From contig CM059433.1 in NCBI GenBank assembly GCA_030390025.1, positions 15,378,001 to 15,442,000 on the forward strand: a stretch of 64,000 nt of DNA. The letters run 5' to 3'. The position numbers and the translations under genes were made by a program. This DNA is from Squalus acanthias. Its lineage: Eukaryota. The notes beneath the pieces are model-generated. The model did not search any database and had not been told where the DNA came from. It saw nothing but the letters and a program-made list of their open reading frames with translations. Of this stretch, positions 1 to 13,998 are shown one piece after another. Each line of letters starts with the position of its first letter. Positions within the stretch are counted from its first letter, which is position 1.

Positions 1-12
1 ATGACTATGATA

Positions 13-1815
13 TTTTATTTATTCATTCCTGCGATGTGGGCGTCGCTGGCAAGGCGAGCATTTATTGCCCATCCCTAATTGCCCTTAAGAAAGGGGTGGT
101 GAGCCGCATTCTTGAACCACTGCAGTCCCTGCGATGAAGGTATTCTTACAGTGCTGTTAGGGTGGGAGTTCCAGGATTTTGACCCAGCGATGAAGAAGGA
201 ACGGCGATATACTTCCAAGTCAGGGTGGTGTGTAACTTGATGTGGTACTTGGAGGTGGTGGTGTTCCCATGCGCCTGCTGCCCTTGTCCTTCTAGGTGGA
301 AGTGGTCGCGGGTTTGTGAGGTGCTGCCGAAGAAGCCTTGGCGAGTTGCTGCAGTGCATCTTGTAGATGGTACACACTGCAGCCACGGTGCGCCGGTGGT
401 GGAAGGAGTGATTGTTTAAGGTATTCCATCACACACCTGACTTGCACCTTGTAGATGGCGGAAAGGCTTTGGAGAGTCAGGAGGTGAGACACTCGCCGCA
501 GAATACCCAGCCTCTGACCTGCTCCTAAGGCCACAGTATTTATGTGGTTGGTCCAGTTAAGTTTCTAGTCAATGGTGACCCCCCAGGATGTTAATGGTGG
601 GGAATTTGGCGATGGTAATGCCATTGAATGTCAAGGGGCAGTGGTTAAACCCTCTCCTATTCGAGATGGTCATTGCCTGGCACTTATGTGGCACAAATGT
701 TACTTGCCACTTATCAGCCCAAGCCTGAATGTCATCCAGGTCTTGCTTCATGCGGCCATAGACTGCTTCATTATCTGAGGAGTTGCGAATGGAACTGAAC
801 ATTGTGCAATCATCAGCGAACATCCCCACTTCTGACCTTATGTTGGAGGGAAGGTCATTGATGAAGCAGCTGAAGATGGTTGGGCCTAGGACACTGCTTT
901 GAGGAACTCCTGCAGCGATGTCCTCGGGCTAAGAAGATTGGCCTCCAACAACCACAACCATCGTCCTTTGTGTTAGGTATGACTCCAGCCAGTTGAGAGT
1001 TTTTCCCCTGATTCCCATTGACTTCAATTTTACTCGGACTCTTTGATGCCACACTCGGTCAAATGCTGCCTTGATGTCAAGGGCAGTCACTCTCACTTCA
1101 TCTCTGGAATTCAGCTCTTTTGTCCGTGTTTGGACCAAGGCTGTAATGAGGTCTGGAACTGAGTGGTCCTGGTCGGTGAGTAGGTTATTGGTGAGTAAGT
1201 GCCGCTTGATAGCACTGTCGACGACACCTTCCATCACTTTGCTGATGATTGAGAGTAGACTGATGGGGCGGTAATTGGCCGGATTGGATTTGTTCTGCTT
1301 TTTGCGGACAGGACATACCCAGGCAGTTTTCCACATTGTCGGATAGATGCCAGTGTTGTAGCTGTACTGGAACAGCTTGGCTAGAGGCGCGGCTAGTTCT
1401 GGAGCACAAGTCTTCAGCACGACAGCCGGGATGTTGTCGGGGCCCATATCCTTTGCTGTATCCAGTGCGCTCAGCCGTTTCTTGATATCACGTGGAGTGA
1501 ATCGAATTGGCTGAAGACCAGATCTGTGATGGTGGGGACCTCAGGAGGAGGCCGAGATGGGTCATCCACTCGGCACTTCTGGCTGAAGATGGTTGCGAAT
1601 GCTTCACCCTTGTCTTTTGCACTCATGCGCTGGGCTCCACCATCATTGAGGATGGGGATACTCATGGAGCTTCCTCCTCCTGTTAGTTGTTTAATTGTCC
1701 ACCACCATTCACGACTGGATGTGGCAGGACTGCGGAGCTTTGATCTGATCCGTTGGTTGTGGGATAGCTTAGCTCTGTCTATAGCATGCTGCTTCCGCTG
1801 TTTAGCATGTAAATT
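13..1815 (-). mobile_element. 5'-truncated non-LTR retrotransposon (CR1/L2-group LINE), decayed ORF2 reverse transcriptase plus 3' tail
   Basis: Minus-strand ORFs 929-1447 (GPDNIP..NYRPISLLS..DIKAAFDRVWH) and 569-829 (FADD..WADKWQV) are RT motifs split by frameshifts; the 3' end ...GGCAATTAGGGATGGGCAATAAATG... recurs at 8811 and 41468. Confidence 0.92.
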
Positions 1816-2487
1816 AATGTAGTCATTGGTGATACTAGCACTGCAATAGCACTGCAATTATACAAATAAAGTAGTCAGTCAGGCAATCTATTGTAGCACT
1901 GCGAGACCACATGGAGCACAGCACCATTGTGTGCAACTACTAGGAACCCACGAATCACGACTGTGATTAATGCAGTCGTGCCTGCCACTACTACGGTTCA
2001 CTACTGAGATTAATACCACTACAATTACACAACTAAAGTAGTTTATCAGACAATCAAATGTAGTACTACGAATTGCAAGCCAACAACTTACCAAAAAGCA
2101 GCTATTCGAGTGTTAGGAACAGATTGTTACAAAGAAAAGCACAAATGCGCCATAATCCTTAATTTAGCAGCATGGGTAGATTTCAAGCAACAATTTCAGG
2201 CAGCAAATTGGCAAAATGCTATCAACATGGACATTACATTTTAACCTAAAAAGGAAGGAACATTTGCTCAATTTTATTGAAAACTACTCTGTATTTGCCA
2301 GTTGGAAATTAATAATTTTTGTTAAAATTTTTAAATGTCTTTCTCCTGGTAGCAGCAATGGCTATTAATGGAAGATATATTTTCAAATTACCTAATAGCA
2401 AATAAGGGATTCAAAAGCAGTCTTCTTGACCAGCCAGATAAGGGCTTTGGGCAACGGTGGGAGAGCAATTGACTGCATTGACATAAT

Positions 2488-3204
2488 GGCCCGGATTTTC
2501 CAGGGCCTGTGACCGTGTACGTGGTGTGTGCGCAGCCGTAAGCGCCTCGCAAGTTCTGGGCTTGCGCAAGCGCGAAAACCCGGAACTTGCGACCTGTCAA
2601 GAATCTTCTTGACAGATCCTCCGCATCCCCGGGAAATTCGCCCAACTACTGCCCAGCGAATGCCCGTGAAATTCTTAAGCCTGGTAAAAGCAGGCGTAGG
2701 GCTTTCTTTTACCAGTGTAAGGGTGAAATATATATTAAAATTAAAATTTTTAAATCATTTTAACATTCAAACACCTGTTAAAATAAGTTTGTTATTTTTG
2801 GGCCCTTGAAAAATGTTAACATTTATTTTTCAAAAAATAAAATTTTTGTTTTAAATGTTTAATGAAATTGTATTTTAATTAATTTTAAACATATAACGAT
2901 TTTTTTTTCATGTATTTTTTGGGTGATTCCTATTCATGCTTATGGGAATTCCCTACGTAAATGGAATCCCCATAAGCATAATGGGAATCCCCTTTCTGAT
3001 TGGTTGGGCCGGCCCACATGATCCCAGCAACGTTTGTGAACCGCCTGCGCTACCCCTGGGATACGTGGGCCTCTACGCAGGCCTACGCATAGAGGCCCAT
3101 GAGCGCGAGTCTCCGTGGACCCAGGACCATCAGGCGGGTTCGTAGATTTATTGCGGTTCGGAGGCATCCGCCCGCGGGAAGCCTCCAACCGCAAATTCAG
3201 GCCC
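2488..3204. mobile_element. Harbinger-type MITE
   Basis: Imperfect TIRs GGCCCGGATTTTCC / GCAAATTCAGGCCC, AAT on both sides (2485-2487, 3205-3207), non-coding, internal hairpin near 2936-2980. Confidence 0.75.
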
Positions 3205-4838
3205 AATGTAAAAGCAGCTGAAGAATAAACATATTTGGCATGAGGTTCAATGCTCATAAAGATTTTAATGATGTAAGGAGAGCCACAGGATAAAAAGATT
3301 GTTCCTGAGTTGTTGGGAGCATATAAATGTCATGCCAAGGAAGGCAGCCCATGCATAATGCTAAGCAAGTATTCCAAGCGTTTTGCTTGATTTACCTTTA
3401 TGGTGCAGGAGGTAACGTTGCAGAAGGAAAGGACGGTCTTATAATGTTGGTGAGTGTCACATAGAAGCCCATTTGGCACAGCTCTCCCAAGACCTGGATT
3501 AAAGGTAAAAGTGTTTTTAGAGATTGCATTCAACTGCTTAATAACATCCTCCCAGACCTCCCTTCCAGTGTATGGATTCGAGACATTTCTTCAGTATTTA
3601 AAATAAATGGAGGCCCTCTTGGGCCTGATCAACCTGTAGACATCTGCAGAACCACAGTTAAACAGCTTAAGCTACCACCGATGGAAATTAATCCAATTAA
3701 CAAGAAAATCAAGTAGATATGACCATTGGTGATGGCAATTCAGTGGTGAATGTTAGTAGCTGGGGATATAGCTGTCTAAAATTGCTTTTGCATTTAGCCC
3801 AGGTATAGAAGTAATGAGATCAAATGAGCTTGGCTATAATCTTTTTTCCCTGATATATTTATCACTTACTGCACATTTAAAATGCATGAAATTAAAATAT
3901 GATTTGTCTCAATGTAAACATCACAGATCAGATTAAGTTGCAATAATAATACGTTCATTCTGAGTTGTTTGTTCCTTAACTTGATTTGTCTCATGCGTGA
4001 AGTGTTTGAGCTGACTGCGAGTGCTGCTATCATTTGAGAACACATGCATAAAGGTCAGTATGTAAATGCTGCAAAGTTAATTTGATGTGCATCAAAATAA
4101 AGCCGACTCCGATTTCAAGCCTAATTGACTGTGAGGCATAAATATAGCTCTGTAATAATTGTGCAATCGAGGTATTATTTGTAACCATGAAGTAGTACTG
4201 ATGAAAATTCTCTCACCTCAGAGCTCTTGCATTCAAAAAGCAAGAGAAAAGGTTCTACTTCATTTTGAATTGATGTTCGAATCTTTCACCAGTCATTCTG
4301 GTGCAAAAGCTGGCTGTGCTCAATTTGCTTCGATATTAGATTTTCTAACTAAGGCTTCCTACTTGCACATCAAGAAGCTGAGACTAAATAGGCTTCTGAA
4401 ACTATTCCCACGTTTCTGGGGAAGATTTCCTCTTCTTTCTGTATCATAAAACTGTAAGCACAAGCGCAAAGAACACATTTATAATTTTGCCGCAAGTAAC
4501 AGAGGAAAGCTTATCTTCAGTATTTGTTTCCCTTCGTTTTGAATATTAGGTGCCACAACTACAGAGGGCTGGCAGAGAAAACTGCAACAATGTCAAGGTT
4601 GCTGGAAGAAAAGGAGAAAAAGTACTGGGTTAACAATGGACACCACAAATGCCCCATTGTTTAACGTGCTGACTAACACTGCACTTGAATTTCTCTGCAC
4701 TGTTACCCTGAAGGCACAGGAATAAATGTACCACCTAGTGTGGTATTGAGAACGTAGACATAATTCAATCCATGGTCTGTGCTCCATTAACTAATCACAG
4801 TTGGGGGTCACAGGAGGCATGCTGCAATTGGCTCCATT

Positions 4839-5128
4839 GGCCCGTAATTTCCGATAGGAGGCTTCCTGCGTGCGGATGCCTCCTATCGGAAAAAAATCTA
4901 CGCACTTACCTGAGGGCACCCGAGGTCCGGACACTTCCGATCCTGGGCCTCTCCACAGTCGAAATGCGCAGAGCCCACGTATCCCAGGGGCGCAGGCGGT
5001 TCACAAGCATCCCTGGGATCACGTGGGCCAGGCCAGCCAATGAAAGAAGGGAATCTCCCTTCATACTTTTGACAGATAGACCAGATACACAGCTCGTACA
5101 CACCCGTAGACATTGGAAAATACGGGCC
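4839..5128. mobile_element. Shorter MITE related to 2488-3204, opposite orientation
   Basis: TIR GGCCCGTAATTTCC / GGAAAATACGGGCC; 4975-5040 is reverse-complement similar to 3000-3070. Confidence 0.7.
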
Positions 5129-5969
5129 AATATTCCTGGGGTAGGGAGATGAAATCAGCCAGAGTTCCTTGTTCTGATCACCAACCGGTGACACCTGATG
5201 TAAAGCATACTTGTGTGGCTGTTAGCTGAGCAAATCATTGAGCTTTGATATGATGCCCACCACAGTCAAATAGCCCACCAACACTCACTGCATGAAGAAT
5301 GCCCTCTTGCACAATGTCCTCAAAATCTGCTGGCAACAGTGGAACCATATGCCAGCATCTTTGTAGCTTGGCTGTGATGTCCCCACCCCCCGAAGAATAA
5401 CCTGTCAGCAATCATTGTCAAGGCTCACGCATGAATCATGCTCCTTTGGGCAAGGAACTGGAGGGACCCACGCCTCTAGTATCAGAGACTAACAAGGAGC
5501 CAATACCGTCAAGAGAGCAGGGTAAGGGGAGTCAACTGTCTTGAAAGAAAAGAGCACGGGAAGGGAGCGTGCAAGATTATACTTGATAATGAATAAGAAT
5601 CCATCTGTGAAATAAGGCACACTAAATCTCAACCTGCAATAAATTAAGACAAACCTACGTATATATCATGCCCCATTTCTCTACACATAAAACCCATGAT
5701 CTTCCATTAGGCAGTGACTGGATAGTGAACTTGGAGCAGAGCATTGGATAATTTTTCTCTCCGTAGCAGAGGGACACTGAATCAAATTGTAGCATTTCCA
5801 CTGCTGTCCAGATGAATTAGCTAACAGCACATCCCAGTGATTGAACCTGGGACGTTCCACGATCTTTATGGCTACGTTACACACCATTTATCTATTAACC
5901 CATCTGGGAGCCCTTGAAACTACTGGCTACAAAGCAAGTTATTGGCCCTGATTTTAAAGGGAAGGCAGG

Positions 5970-6481
5970 CTTACCAAAGAAAGGATATACTTGCCATAGA
6001 GGGAGTGCAGCGAAGGTTCACCAGACTGATTCCTGGGATGGCAGGACTGCCGTATGAGGAGAGATTGGGTCGACTAGGCCTGTATTCACTAGAGTTTAGA
6101 AGAATGAGAGGGGATCTCATTGAAACGTATAAAGTTCTAACAGGGCTAGACAGACTGGATGCAGGGAGGATGTTTCCCCTGGCTAGGGGGGGTCTGGAAC
6201 GAGGGGTAGGACATTTAGGACTCAGATGAGGAGAAATTTCTTCACTCAGAGGGTGGTGAACCTGTGGAATTCTCTACCACAGAAGGCTGTGGAGGCCAAG
6301 TCACTGAACATATTTAGGAAGGAGATAGATAGATTTCTAGACACAAAAGGCATCAAGGGGTATGGGGAGAGAGCGGGAATATGGTATTGAGATAGAGGAT
6401 CAGCCATGATCATATTGAATGGTGGAGCAGGCTCGAAGGGCCGAATGGCCTACTCCTGCTCCTATTTTTCTATGTTTCTAG
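5970..6481 (+). mobile_element. CR1-like LINE 3' fragment
   Basis: KDILAIEGVQRRFTRLIPG..YEERL..LEFRRMRGDLIE; 3' UTR ends TTCTATGTTTCTA. Confidence 0.92.
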
Positions 6482-7677
6482 GCACGGTGCGTGTGAGCCC
6501 TGAAGTAGGCGGTGTGGGAACAAGGGTTCACACTACTTGGGTACCTCGCTATTCTTTCTGCGCAGCCTGTGAGATCAGCACACGATGAGTTAAAATTTAA
6601 AGCAGCTTTTGTAAATTGGCTCAGAGGATTTCAAAGTAAGGATATCTTCACAGGAAAGAAAATAGTAGAATGTGTAATAATCATTCAGCCATATCTGAAT
6701 GTGTCAACTTGATCACTCTGTTTAGGGAATGGAGAGTTTTATTGCAGCAATAAAACAATTAGAACAGTTAAGTGCATGTTTGTTTAGTTTATGTTATTAT
6801 TCTGTTGGCATTTGTATGCATTTTTGATGTACCATGATTTATTGATAGTATGCATAGAATGTAATAATCAAAGGTAAAGAATGGTATAAGGGATGTGAGC
6901 GAACGACATTTAGGACTCAGATGAGGAGAAATTTCTTCTGGAATCGAACAATGTGTTTCTCAAAAGCAACTTGTGCTCATACTGGACTCAGCAGCTCTCA
7001 TACTGGTTTTGTGTAGTATGAAAAGACTTGTGCACTCACACTGGTTGTGGATAGTATGAGGTTTCAATAAAGACCTGATCCTGCATTACTACAGCTGAGT
7101 GTGTGTGTAATTCGATATTTAAAGTAACAAAACGAAAAAGAACCAGAAAGCGGTCCAACAGGCGACACAACCGGGGAGTCTGGAGATGTGGAGGCCCGGC
7201 CGATATTAATGGCTGGGCCACATTTCCACAAAAAAAAGTTGGTGAGCTGCCCGATCCCGGCCAGATCCATGACCTGACCAGCAGGCGAGAGCGGGAATTC
7301 GGCAGTAGCAGGCTGCAGCCGGGGAACTATGGCGTTCGGGAACTATGGTTCCTGCCAGTCACTTCAGTGGTGAGGCATCTCTGGATGTGATTGCTGGGAG
7401 GTGGAGGGGTGGTGGCGGGGGGGGGGGGGGGGGGGGAGCCCGGGGCAATCGGGACGGGGGCAATGGAACCGCAAGGTTTCCTTGTGAGGCCCGGAGGAAA
7501 ACTCCTGCCCCTCCTGGCCCACAAGGAAACTTAAAGTAACATTTTTAAACTTGCACTGCTGGGACTCTTCTAGCCCACAATCCATTTCCCAGCAGGTCTG
7601 GCCTAACTGGGAAGCCGTCACTGCTCAGGCCTCATCGGACCTGATCTGCATGACTAAAGAAAGACCCCGCTGTTTTC

Positions 7678-7960
7678 ATAAGAACAGGAGTAGGCCATAC
7701 GGCCCCTCAAGCCTGCTCCACCATTCAATAAGATCATGACTGATCTTCGATCTCAACTCCACTTTCCTGCCCGATCTCCATATCCCTTGACTCCCCTAGA
7801 GTCCAAAAATCTATATATCTCAGTTTTGAATATACTCAATGGCTCAGCATTCACAGCCCCTTGGGGCAGAGAATTCCAAAGATTCACAACCCTCTGAGTG
7901 AAGAAATTCCTTCTCATCTCAGTCTTATATGGCCGACCCCTTATCCTGAGACTATGCCCC
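7678..7960 (-). mobile_element. CR1-like LINE 3' fragment
   Basis: ORF 7753-7971 GHSLRIRGRP..RRNFFTQRVVNLWNSLP plus 3' UTR. Confidence 0.9.
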
Positions 7961-8575
7961 CTGAGGTCCAATCTAAGGCAGCATTATCAGCACCCATCCT
8001 GATGTGATAGAGCAAACCTCTAAAGTGTAGAAAGTAACCCCTCAGCCAAAGTACTGTGAACAAACCCTTTCCCACTAACAGGTAAGAAAGCAGGGGAGCG
8101 TACTGAGTACTAATTGCCATGTTTCCCTGAGATTGATTCGGCCCTCTTAATTGCCGCTGTGTTCTCGCCTTGTTTTCACTGGCAAGTTCCAGGAAGCCCA
8201 GGAAACCCGTGGGCCCAAAGTTAAAGTTAAAAACCCAGATCAATATCACTCTAATTGAGCGATTGGCATATGTTAAGTGACAACCCGCCTCTCCCGAGAG
8301 GGGTTGCGCGCACGCAGCCTAACGCACTGAAGTGAAACCTAGAAGCCAGCGGGTTGGAGCCGGCTTCCTGATGCGCTGTCAATTTCACCGGTTTTAACCC
8401 CCAACCCGTCCCCAAACCCACACGCTCCTGCTCATTAAAATTCAGCCCTATGATTCTAATTTCAAATCATTATGGGTTGGTTTTTACAAGTGAGTTCCCC
8501 CAGCGGTGAGCTTCATGCCGTGATTGCACATGGCAATATCGGGCGCGGAGGTTATGGAACCCCTTTTGCAGCCTC

Positions 8576-8883
8576 CCAAACCCGCGACCTCTTCCACCTA
8601 GAAGGACAAGGGCAGCAGGCGCATGGGAACACCACCACCTCCAAGTTCCCCTCCAAGTCACACACCATCCTGACTGAGAAGTATATCGGCCGATCCTTCA
8701 TCGTCGCTGGGTCAAAATCCTGGAACTCCCTCCCTAACAGCACTGTGGGAGTACCTTCACCACACGGACTGCAGCGGTTCAAGAAGGTGGCTCACCACCA
8801 CCTTCTAGAGGGCAATTAGGGATGGGCAATAAATGCTGGCCTTGCCAGCGACGCCCAGATCCCATAAACGAATAAAAATAAAA
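8576..8883 (+). mobile_element. 3' fragment of the LINE family at 13-1815
   Basis: Reverse-complement match to about 20-315; ends in an A-rich tail. Confidence 0.9.
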
Positions 8884-9552
8884 GCCTGCCTGAATTTCCT
8901 TACGATCATTTTAATGTTTTTAACAACCAACGTATAACATTTCCTCTTTCTTTGGGTTTAGTCTTACTTTGTAATGATTTTGAAGCCAACAGATGGTGGG
9001 GAAGGAGAATGCTCCAGTGCAAGTTGTTGCTGGTATATTTGACTGCTGATGTACAAACCAGCTTCAAATGTATATCAGCACATTGAGTGACTGTTAAGAA
9101 TAATGTTGATTGACCAGCAACTGTTGCAGTTTGACGCCTTTAAATGTAACCTTTTTTGAAGGTGATCACTGACATGTGAGCATTAATCAGGAGACAGAAA
9201 ACAATGCCTGATGGGCGAATTCATCACAAAACCCCGTCAGCAGGAATTGTTTTTTTTTTAAAACAATGAAGCCAGTATTTTCAAAACCAAAAGGACTGCA
9301 CAATTGCTGAATAGCTCCCCGAGCATGCCCAACTCAGTTCCTAGCTATGATTCTCTTGCGATGAACATCTGCTCCTACTTTCATCACTCTGTCAAAACTG
9401 CTAAGCAATCCGGCCAGCTCCAACAACAACAAAGCATTTCTGCGCACCATCTCAGTCAGGTCATGACAGCCAGATGGAGATCTGCCTTTTATAAGCTGCA
9501 CTAATTGTTGTTGTAAGAAAAGCAATCCTTTATTTCATATCCTTACAGCATA

Positions 9553-11100
9553 ATCGACAAATCCCCTGGACCTGATGGCCTACATCCTACTCGGGTTTTA
9601 AAAGAGGTGGCTGCAGAGATAGTGGATGCTCTGGTTTTGATCTACCAGAATTCCCTAGATTCTAGAACAGTCACCGTGGATTGGAAAGTAGCAAATGTAA
9701 CTCCGCTGTTGAAGAAAGGAGGGAGAGAGAAAACAGGGAACTATAGGCCAGTTAGCCTGACATCAGTAGTAGGAAAACTGCTAGAATCTATTATTAAGGA
9801 CGTGGTAACAGGACACTTGGAAAATCACAACATGATTAGGCAGAGTCAACATGGTTTTATGAAAGGGAAATCATGTTTGACAAATCTATTAGAGTTTTTG
9901 AGGGTGTAACTAGCAGGGTAGATAAAGGGGAACCAGTGGATGTAGTATATTTGGATTTTCAGAAGGCATTCGATTAGGTAACAAACAAGAGGTTGTTATG
10001 CAAGATTGGGGCTCATGGGATTGGGGGTAATACATTAGCATGGATTGAGGATTGATTAGCGGACCGAAAACAGAAAGTAGGAATAAACAGGTCATTTTCG
10101 GGATTGGCAGGCTGTAAGTAGTGGAGTGCCGCAAGGATCCATGCTTGTACCTCAGCTATTTACAATCTATATCAATGAATTAGATGAGGGGACCGAGTGT
10201 AATGTATCCAAGTTTGCTGATGATACAAAGCTAGGTGGGAAAGTAAGCTGTGAGGAGGACGCAAAGAGGCTGCAAAGGGATATAGATCGGTTAAGTGATT
10301 GGGCAAGCAGGTGGCAGATGGATTATAATGTGGGGAAATGTGAAATTATCCACTTTGCTAGGAAGAATGGAAAAGCAGGATATTTTTTAAAAGGGGAGAG
10401 ACTAGTAAATTCAGAGGGATTTAGGGGTCCTTGTGCATGAATTACAGCAAGTTAACATGCAGTTAAAGCAAGCAATTAGGAAGACAAATGATATGTTAGC
10501 CTTTATTGCAAGAGGGTTGGAGTATAAGAGTAGTCTTGCTGCAATTATACAAGGCTTTGGTGAGACCACACCTGGAGTACCGTGTACAGTTTTGGACTCC
10601 TTATCTAAGGAAGGATATACTTGCCTTAGAGGGTGTAACAAAGCTTCTCTAGACTGATTGCTGAAAGGGCTGTCCTATGAGGAGAAATTGAGTAGAAGGA
10701 GCTTATATTCTCTCGAGTTTAGAAGAATGAGAGGTGATCTCATTGAAACGTATACAATTCTTAGAGGGCTTGACAGGGTAGCTGCTGAGAGGTTGTTTCC
10801 CCTGGCTGGAGAGTCTAGAACTAGGGTTCATAGTCTCAGGATAAGGGGTCGGCCATTTAGGACTGAGATGAGGAGAAATTTCTTCACTCAAAGGTTTGTG
10901 AATCTTTCGAATTCTCTACCCCAGAGGGTTGTGGATGCTGAATCATAAGTATATTCAAGACTGAGATCAATAGATTTTTGGGAATCAAAGGATATGGAGA
11001 AAGTGGAGCTGCTGTAGAAGTTCAGCCATGATCTTATTGAATGGCGGAGCAGGCTCAAGGGTCATATGGCCTACTCCTGCTCCGATTTCTTATGTTCTTG
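9553..11100 (+). mobile_element. CR1-like LINE, 5'-truncated, frameshifted RT
   Basis: KSPGPD, NYRPVSLTSVVGK, QHGFMKGKSCLTNL, KFADDTKLGG, RRMRGDLIE over ORFs 9607-10948; tail TTCTTATGTTCTT. Confidence 0.95.
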
Positions 11101-12301
11101 TGTTTATACTTCTGGAGTTTTAAACCCCTCTATCCCCAAGCCGCAATTTACTCCTTCAAGTCTACCTATTTACATAATGGAAGTGGACTACTTTGCTTTA
11201 AGTTTTTCAGTAGTGTCAACCTCGACACGATTTTGTCATCAGTCATCTGCAAATTGAACTTCAAAATTGCCCTACTTCATGCTGTTACAATGTGTTAACA
11301 TTCTCTGCTGAGGTGTAATCTCTGTCTTTATACCAACAAGTCTGACTGATTCTTCTACAGTGAATGCATTATGCTGCAGGGAACCTAAGCCACAGCAGCC
11401 AAAGCAATGGAAGGAGGAGATGTGGTTTGCATCTTTTAGGGAACAAGTTCTTTTTCACATCTTGACCTGGTTGGATTTTTTCAGCCATCACAAAATGATA
11501 ACGGGTCAAATTGCCTTATCTGCACTAGCATTTTGCCACTCATCAAAAGAATTATCACAGAATCACAGAATCCCCAATTATGAAAAGTACTGTAATTTTA
11601 AATGCTTAAACGTTATGTGTCACTGGTAATACATTGGTACAGAAGTAGAAAATCATTAATTAGACCAGTTGTTGAGGGGTAGAACTGATTGTAATCAATG
11701 CCCACTGTAAATTTTACACCTCAGATAATACTGTCACACGTGTACAATTTGAAATAGGGTAGAATGTGTTTGTAAAACTTTTAGCCAGATTGCAGCTCTG
11801 CAATAGCGCTGGCAACTGATGGCTTTAAAGAAGGTTATTCCTCAGGAAAGTTATGCTGAATTTGTTAACTCAGCTGAAAATTAGCTGGTAGTGAAAAGCA
11901 AAAAAGTGATGATAAATGGGAAAAAAAAGTAATGACCGGAAATCTACAGGAGTGTCTTTGGAGCCTTCTACTGTTCATGTGGACAATAAAACTTCTAGCA
12001 ACTTGCTGCTGACACTGAGCTATGAGGTCAGTGTTAGAGTGATTAATGGCAATCAAAGCAATCTATTTCAATTAAGAAAATAGACTGAAGGATGCAAGAT
12101 GGATTTTAATATTGATGAATGTAAAATAATGGGCATTGGAACAGGAAACATGAAATCCATACATAATGAAGAGGTTGTAATATGAAAGGGTCCTATTTTG
12201 TGATCGAGCAAAAAGCTAATTGCATTGGGATACATCACCAAGCATCCCATTTTGCAATAAGATGATGAAATTGTGAGATTCGGCTAAACCCTAATGATAC
12301 T

Positions 12302-12811
12302 GGGGTAGAATTTTCAGTAACATCGCTCTGTCGCCACCATCAACTTGTTCCAAGTCGTTGGGTTGGTGGTCATTTAATATTAGAGACAGGTACCCGTATC
12401 AGTAATGGTGCTGGATGGGCGGCCACCCAGTGGAGCTAGCAGGATGTCACAAGTGCTCCTTGGTGCCATATGGTGCCATAGGCCAATCAGCCAAAGACTA
12501 AAACTCAATAGTGGGTCCCCAACTCCACGGCAACCTATGCCTGTGGATTTCTAGGAATTCCAGGAATGAACCCTCCCCCACCCCCCCTCGCCCTTCACAC
12601 ACACACACACAGCCAAGCCCCCCAAAATGACATTTAGTTGGAAGAAGTGCCCACAAACCTCCTCCCCTGCCCTCCTCCCCACGGTCAGTAGTTGCTGGTT
12701 CTGCAAGGAAGGGGATTAAACCTGGCAGAGATAGGATCCACCATAATTTCCAACCCCTCCATTTCCAGGATGACTGACTTGCATCTCAAAAAGGATCAGG
12801 AATTCTACGCC
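12302..12811. mobile_element. Harbinger-type MITE (old)
   Basis: GGGGTAGAATT / AATTCTACGCC ends; flanks ACT/ATT. Confidence 0.5.
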
Positions 12812-13244
12812 ATTCAGTATGCGTACTGGCTTCTCTTCAAAGACTGAATAATTGGTCGGAGCATCCAATTTATGAGAAGCCAAATTCAGTGAGCAGAAAC
12901 ATTTCTAATTCTTTGAAGGCCTTGTAATGAGCTTGTGTTGCAGCTCCTAACTTCAGGCAATCACCAGCAAATTAGTCCCACGCCAAAGTCTCTCTTTTGT
13001 ATCACTCAGTCACTCCATTAACACCACTAGCCCAGATAAAATGGGTGTGGCAAAATTAAAATTTATCTTTTTAAGTCCCTGTTATGTTATTGGCTTTTAT
13101 CATGGTATTTATGGAATTAAAAAATACTTTCATTCACAGAAAATGGCCCAGCTTGTTTTGATATACAACAACCCCCACAAAATAGTCTTATTTAGCTTAA
13201 TTTTTCTCCATTTTATTCCACCATTTACCGACATGACATTAAGT

Positions 13245-13435
13245 GATTACACTTCAAAAGTACTTCATTGGCTGTAAAGCACTTTGGGACGTCCTGAGGT
13301 TGTGAAAGGCGCTGTATAAATACAAGTCTTTCTATCTTTATTGTTCCCAATTCTTCCCAATTAACAACAACAACAACAACGTGTATTTATATAGCGCCTT
13401 TAACGTAGTAAAACGTCCCAAGACGCTGCACATAA
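13245..13435. mobile_element. Two tail-to-tail SINE/L2-type 3' end fragments
   Basis: 13245-13335 matches the SINE tail at 58390-58486; 13365-13435 is a related tail on the minus strand with (CAA)n. Confidence 0.7.
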
Positions 13436-13766
13436 GTATTTTAAGACAAAAAACGTAGTTACCTCTCCAGAACTCTGGTGTATTATTTTTATTATCCCTT
13501 GTTCGAGCCCATGCTGTGAGTTCCACTCGAATGACATTACTATTATCAGTTTTAATGCTCCACTGGTGTAAGCTTTTTATTTCGACTGGCATTAAATTGA
13601 CAGCAAGACCAATTCTTTTGAAACAATTTGGAATAAGTTTATTAAACACACACACACATGCACATCAAAAAAATCAGTCTACTGGTATCCTATGGACTCT
13701 ACTTGATTACAACAGAAATGAGAAGTCACACAACACCAGGTTATAGTCCAACAGATTTATTTAAAA

Positions 13767-13805
13767 TTACAAGCTTTCGGAGCTATCGCCCCCTTCTTCA
13801 GGTAA
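13767..13805 (-). ncRNA. Minimal hammerhead ribozyme motif (inverted arm)
   Basis: Reverse-complement copy of the motif at 13957-13998. Confidence 0.65.
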
Positions 13806-13956
13806 AGTTACAATGAGTGAATCTACAAAAGTTCACAGAATATAAACACAGATACTGCAGAGATACAATCTTTCCTTACATCAAAGACACACCAAGAGTA
13901 TCTGCAGTATCTGTGTTTATATTCTGTGAACTTTTGTAGATTCACTCATTGTAACT

Positions 13957-13998
13957 TTACCTGAAGAAGGGGCGATCAATAGCTCCGAAAGCTTGTAA
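13957..13998 (+). ncRNA. Minimal type I hammerhead ribozyme motif
   Basis: TTAC-CTGAAGA-A-stemII-GAAA-GCTT-GTAA; stem I TTAC/GTAA pairs. Confidence 0.7.

Larger units (their letters stand above)
5944..8448. mobile_element. Harbinger-type MITE carrying nested LINE fragments
   Basis: GGCCCTGATTTTAA at 5944 and TTAAAATTCAGCCC ending 8448; the same left end occurs at 57577; TSD not clean. Confidence 0.5.

Noticed and set aside
5150..5910. Old SINE-like fragments
   Set aside because: A B-box-like GGTTCAATC is visible near 5845 (-), but boundaries and family cannot be supported from sequence alone.
9290..9500. Possible exon or promoter (minus-strand TATAAAAG near 9490)
   Set aside because: No coherent splice or ORF support; cannot be distinguished from a decayed repeat.
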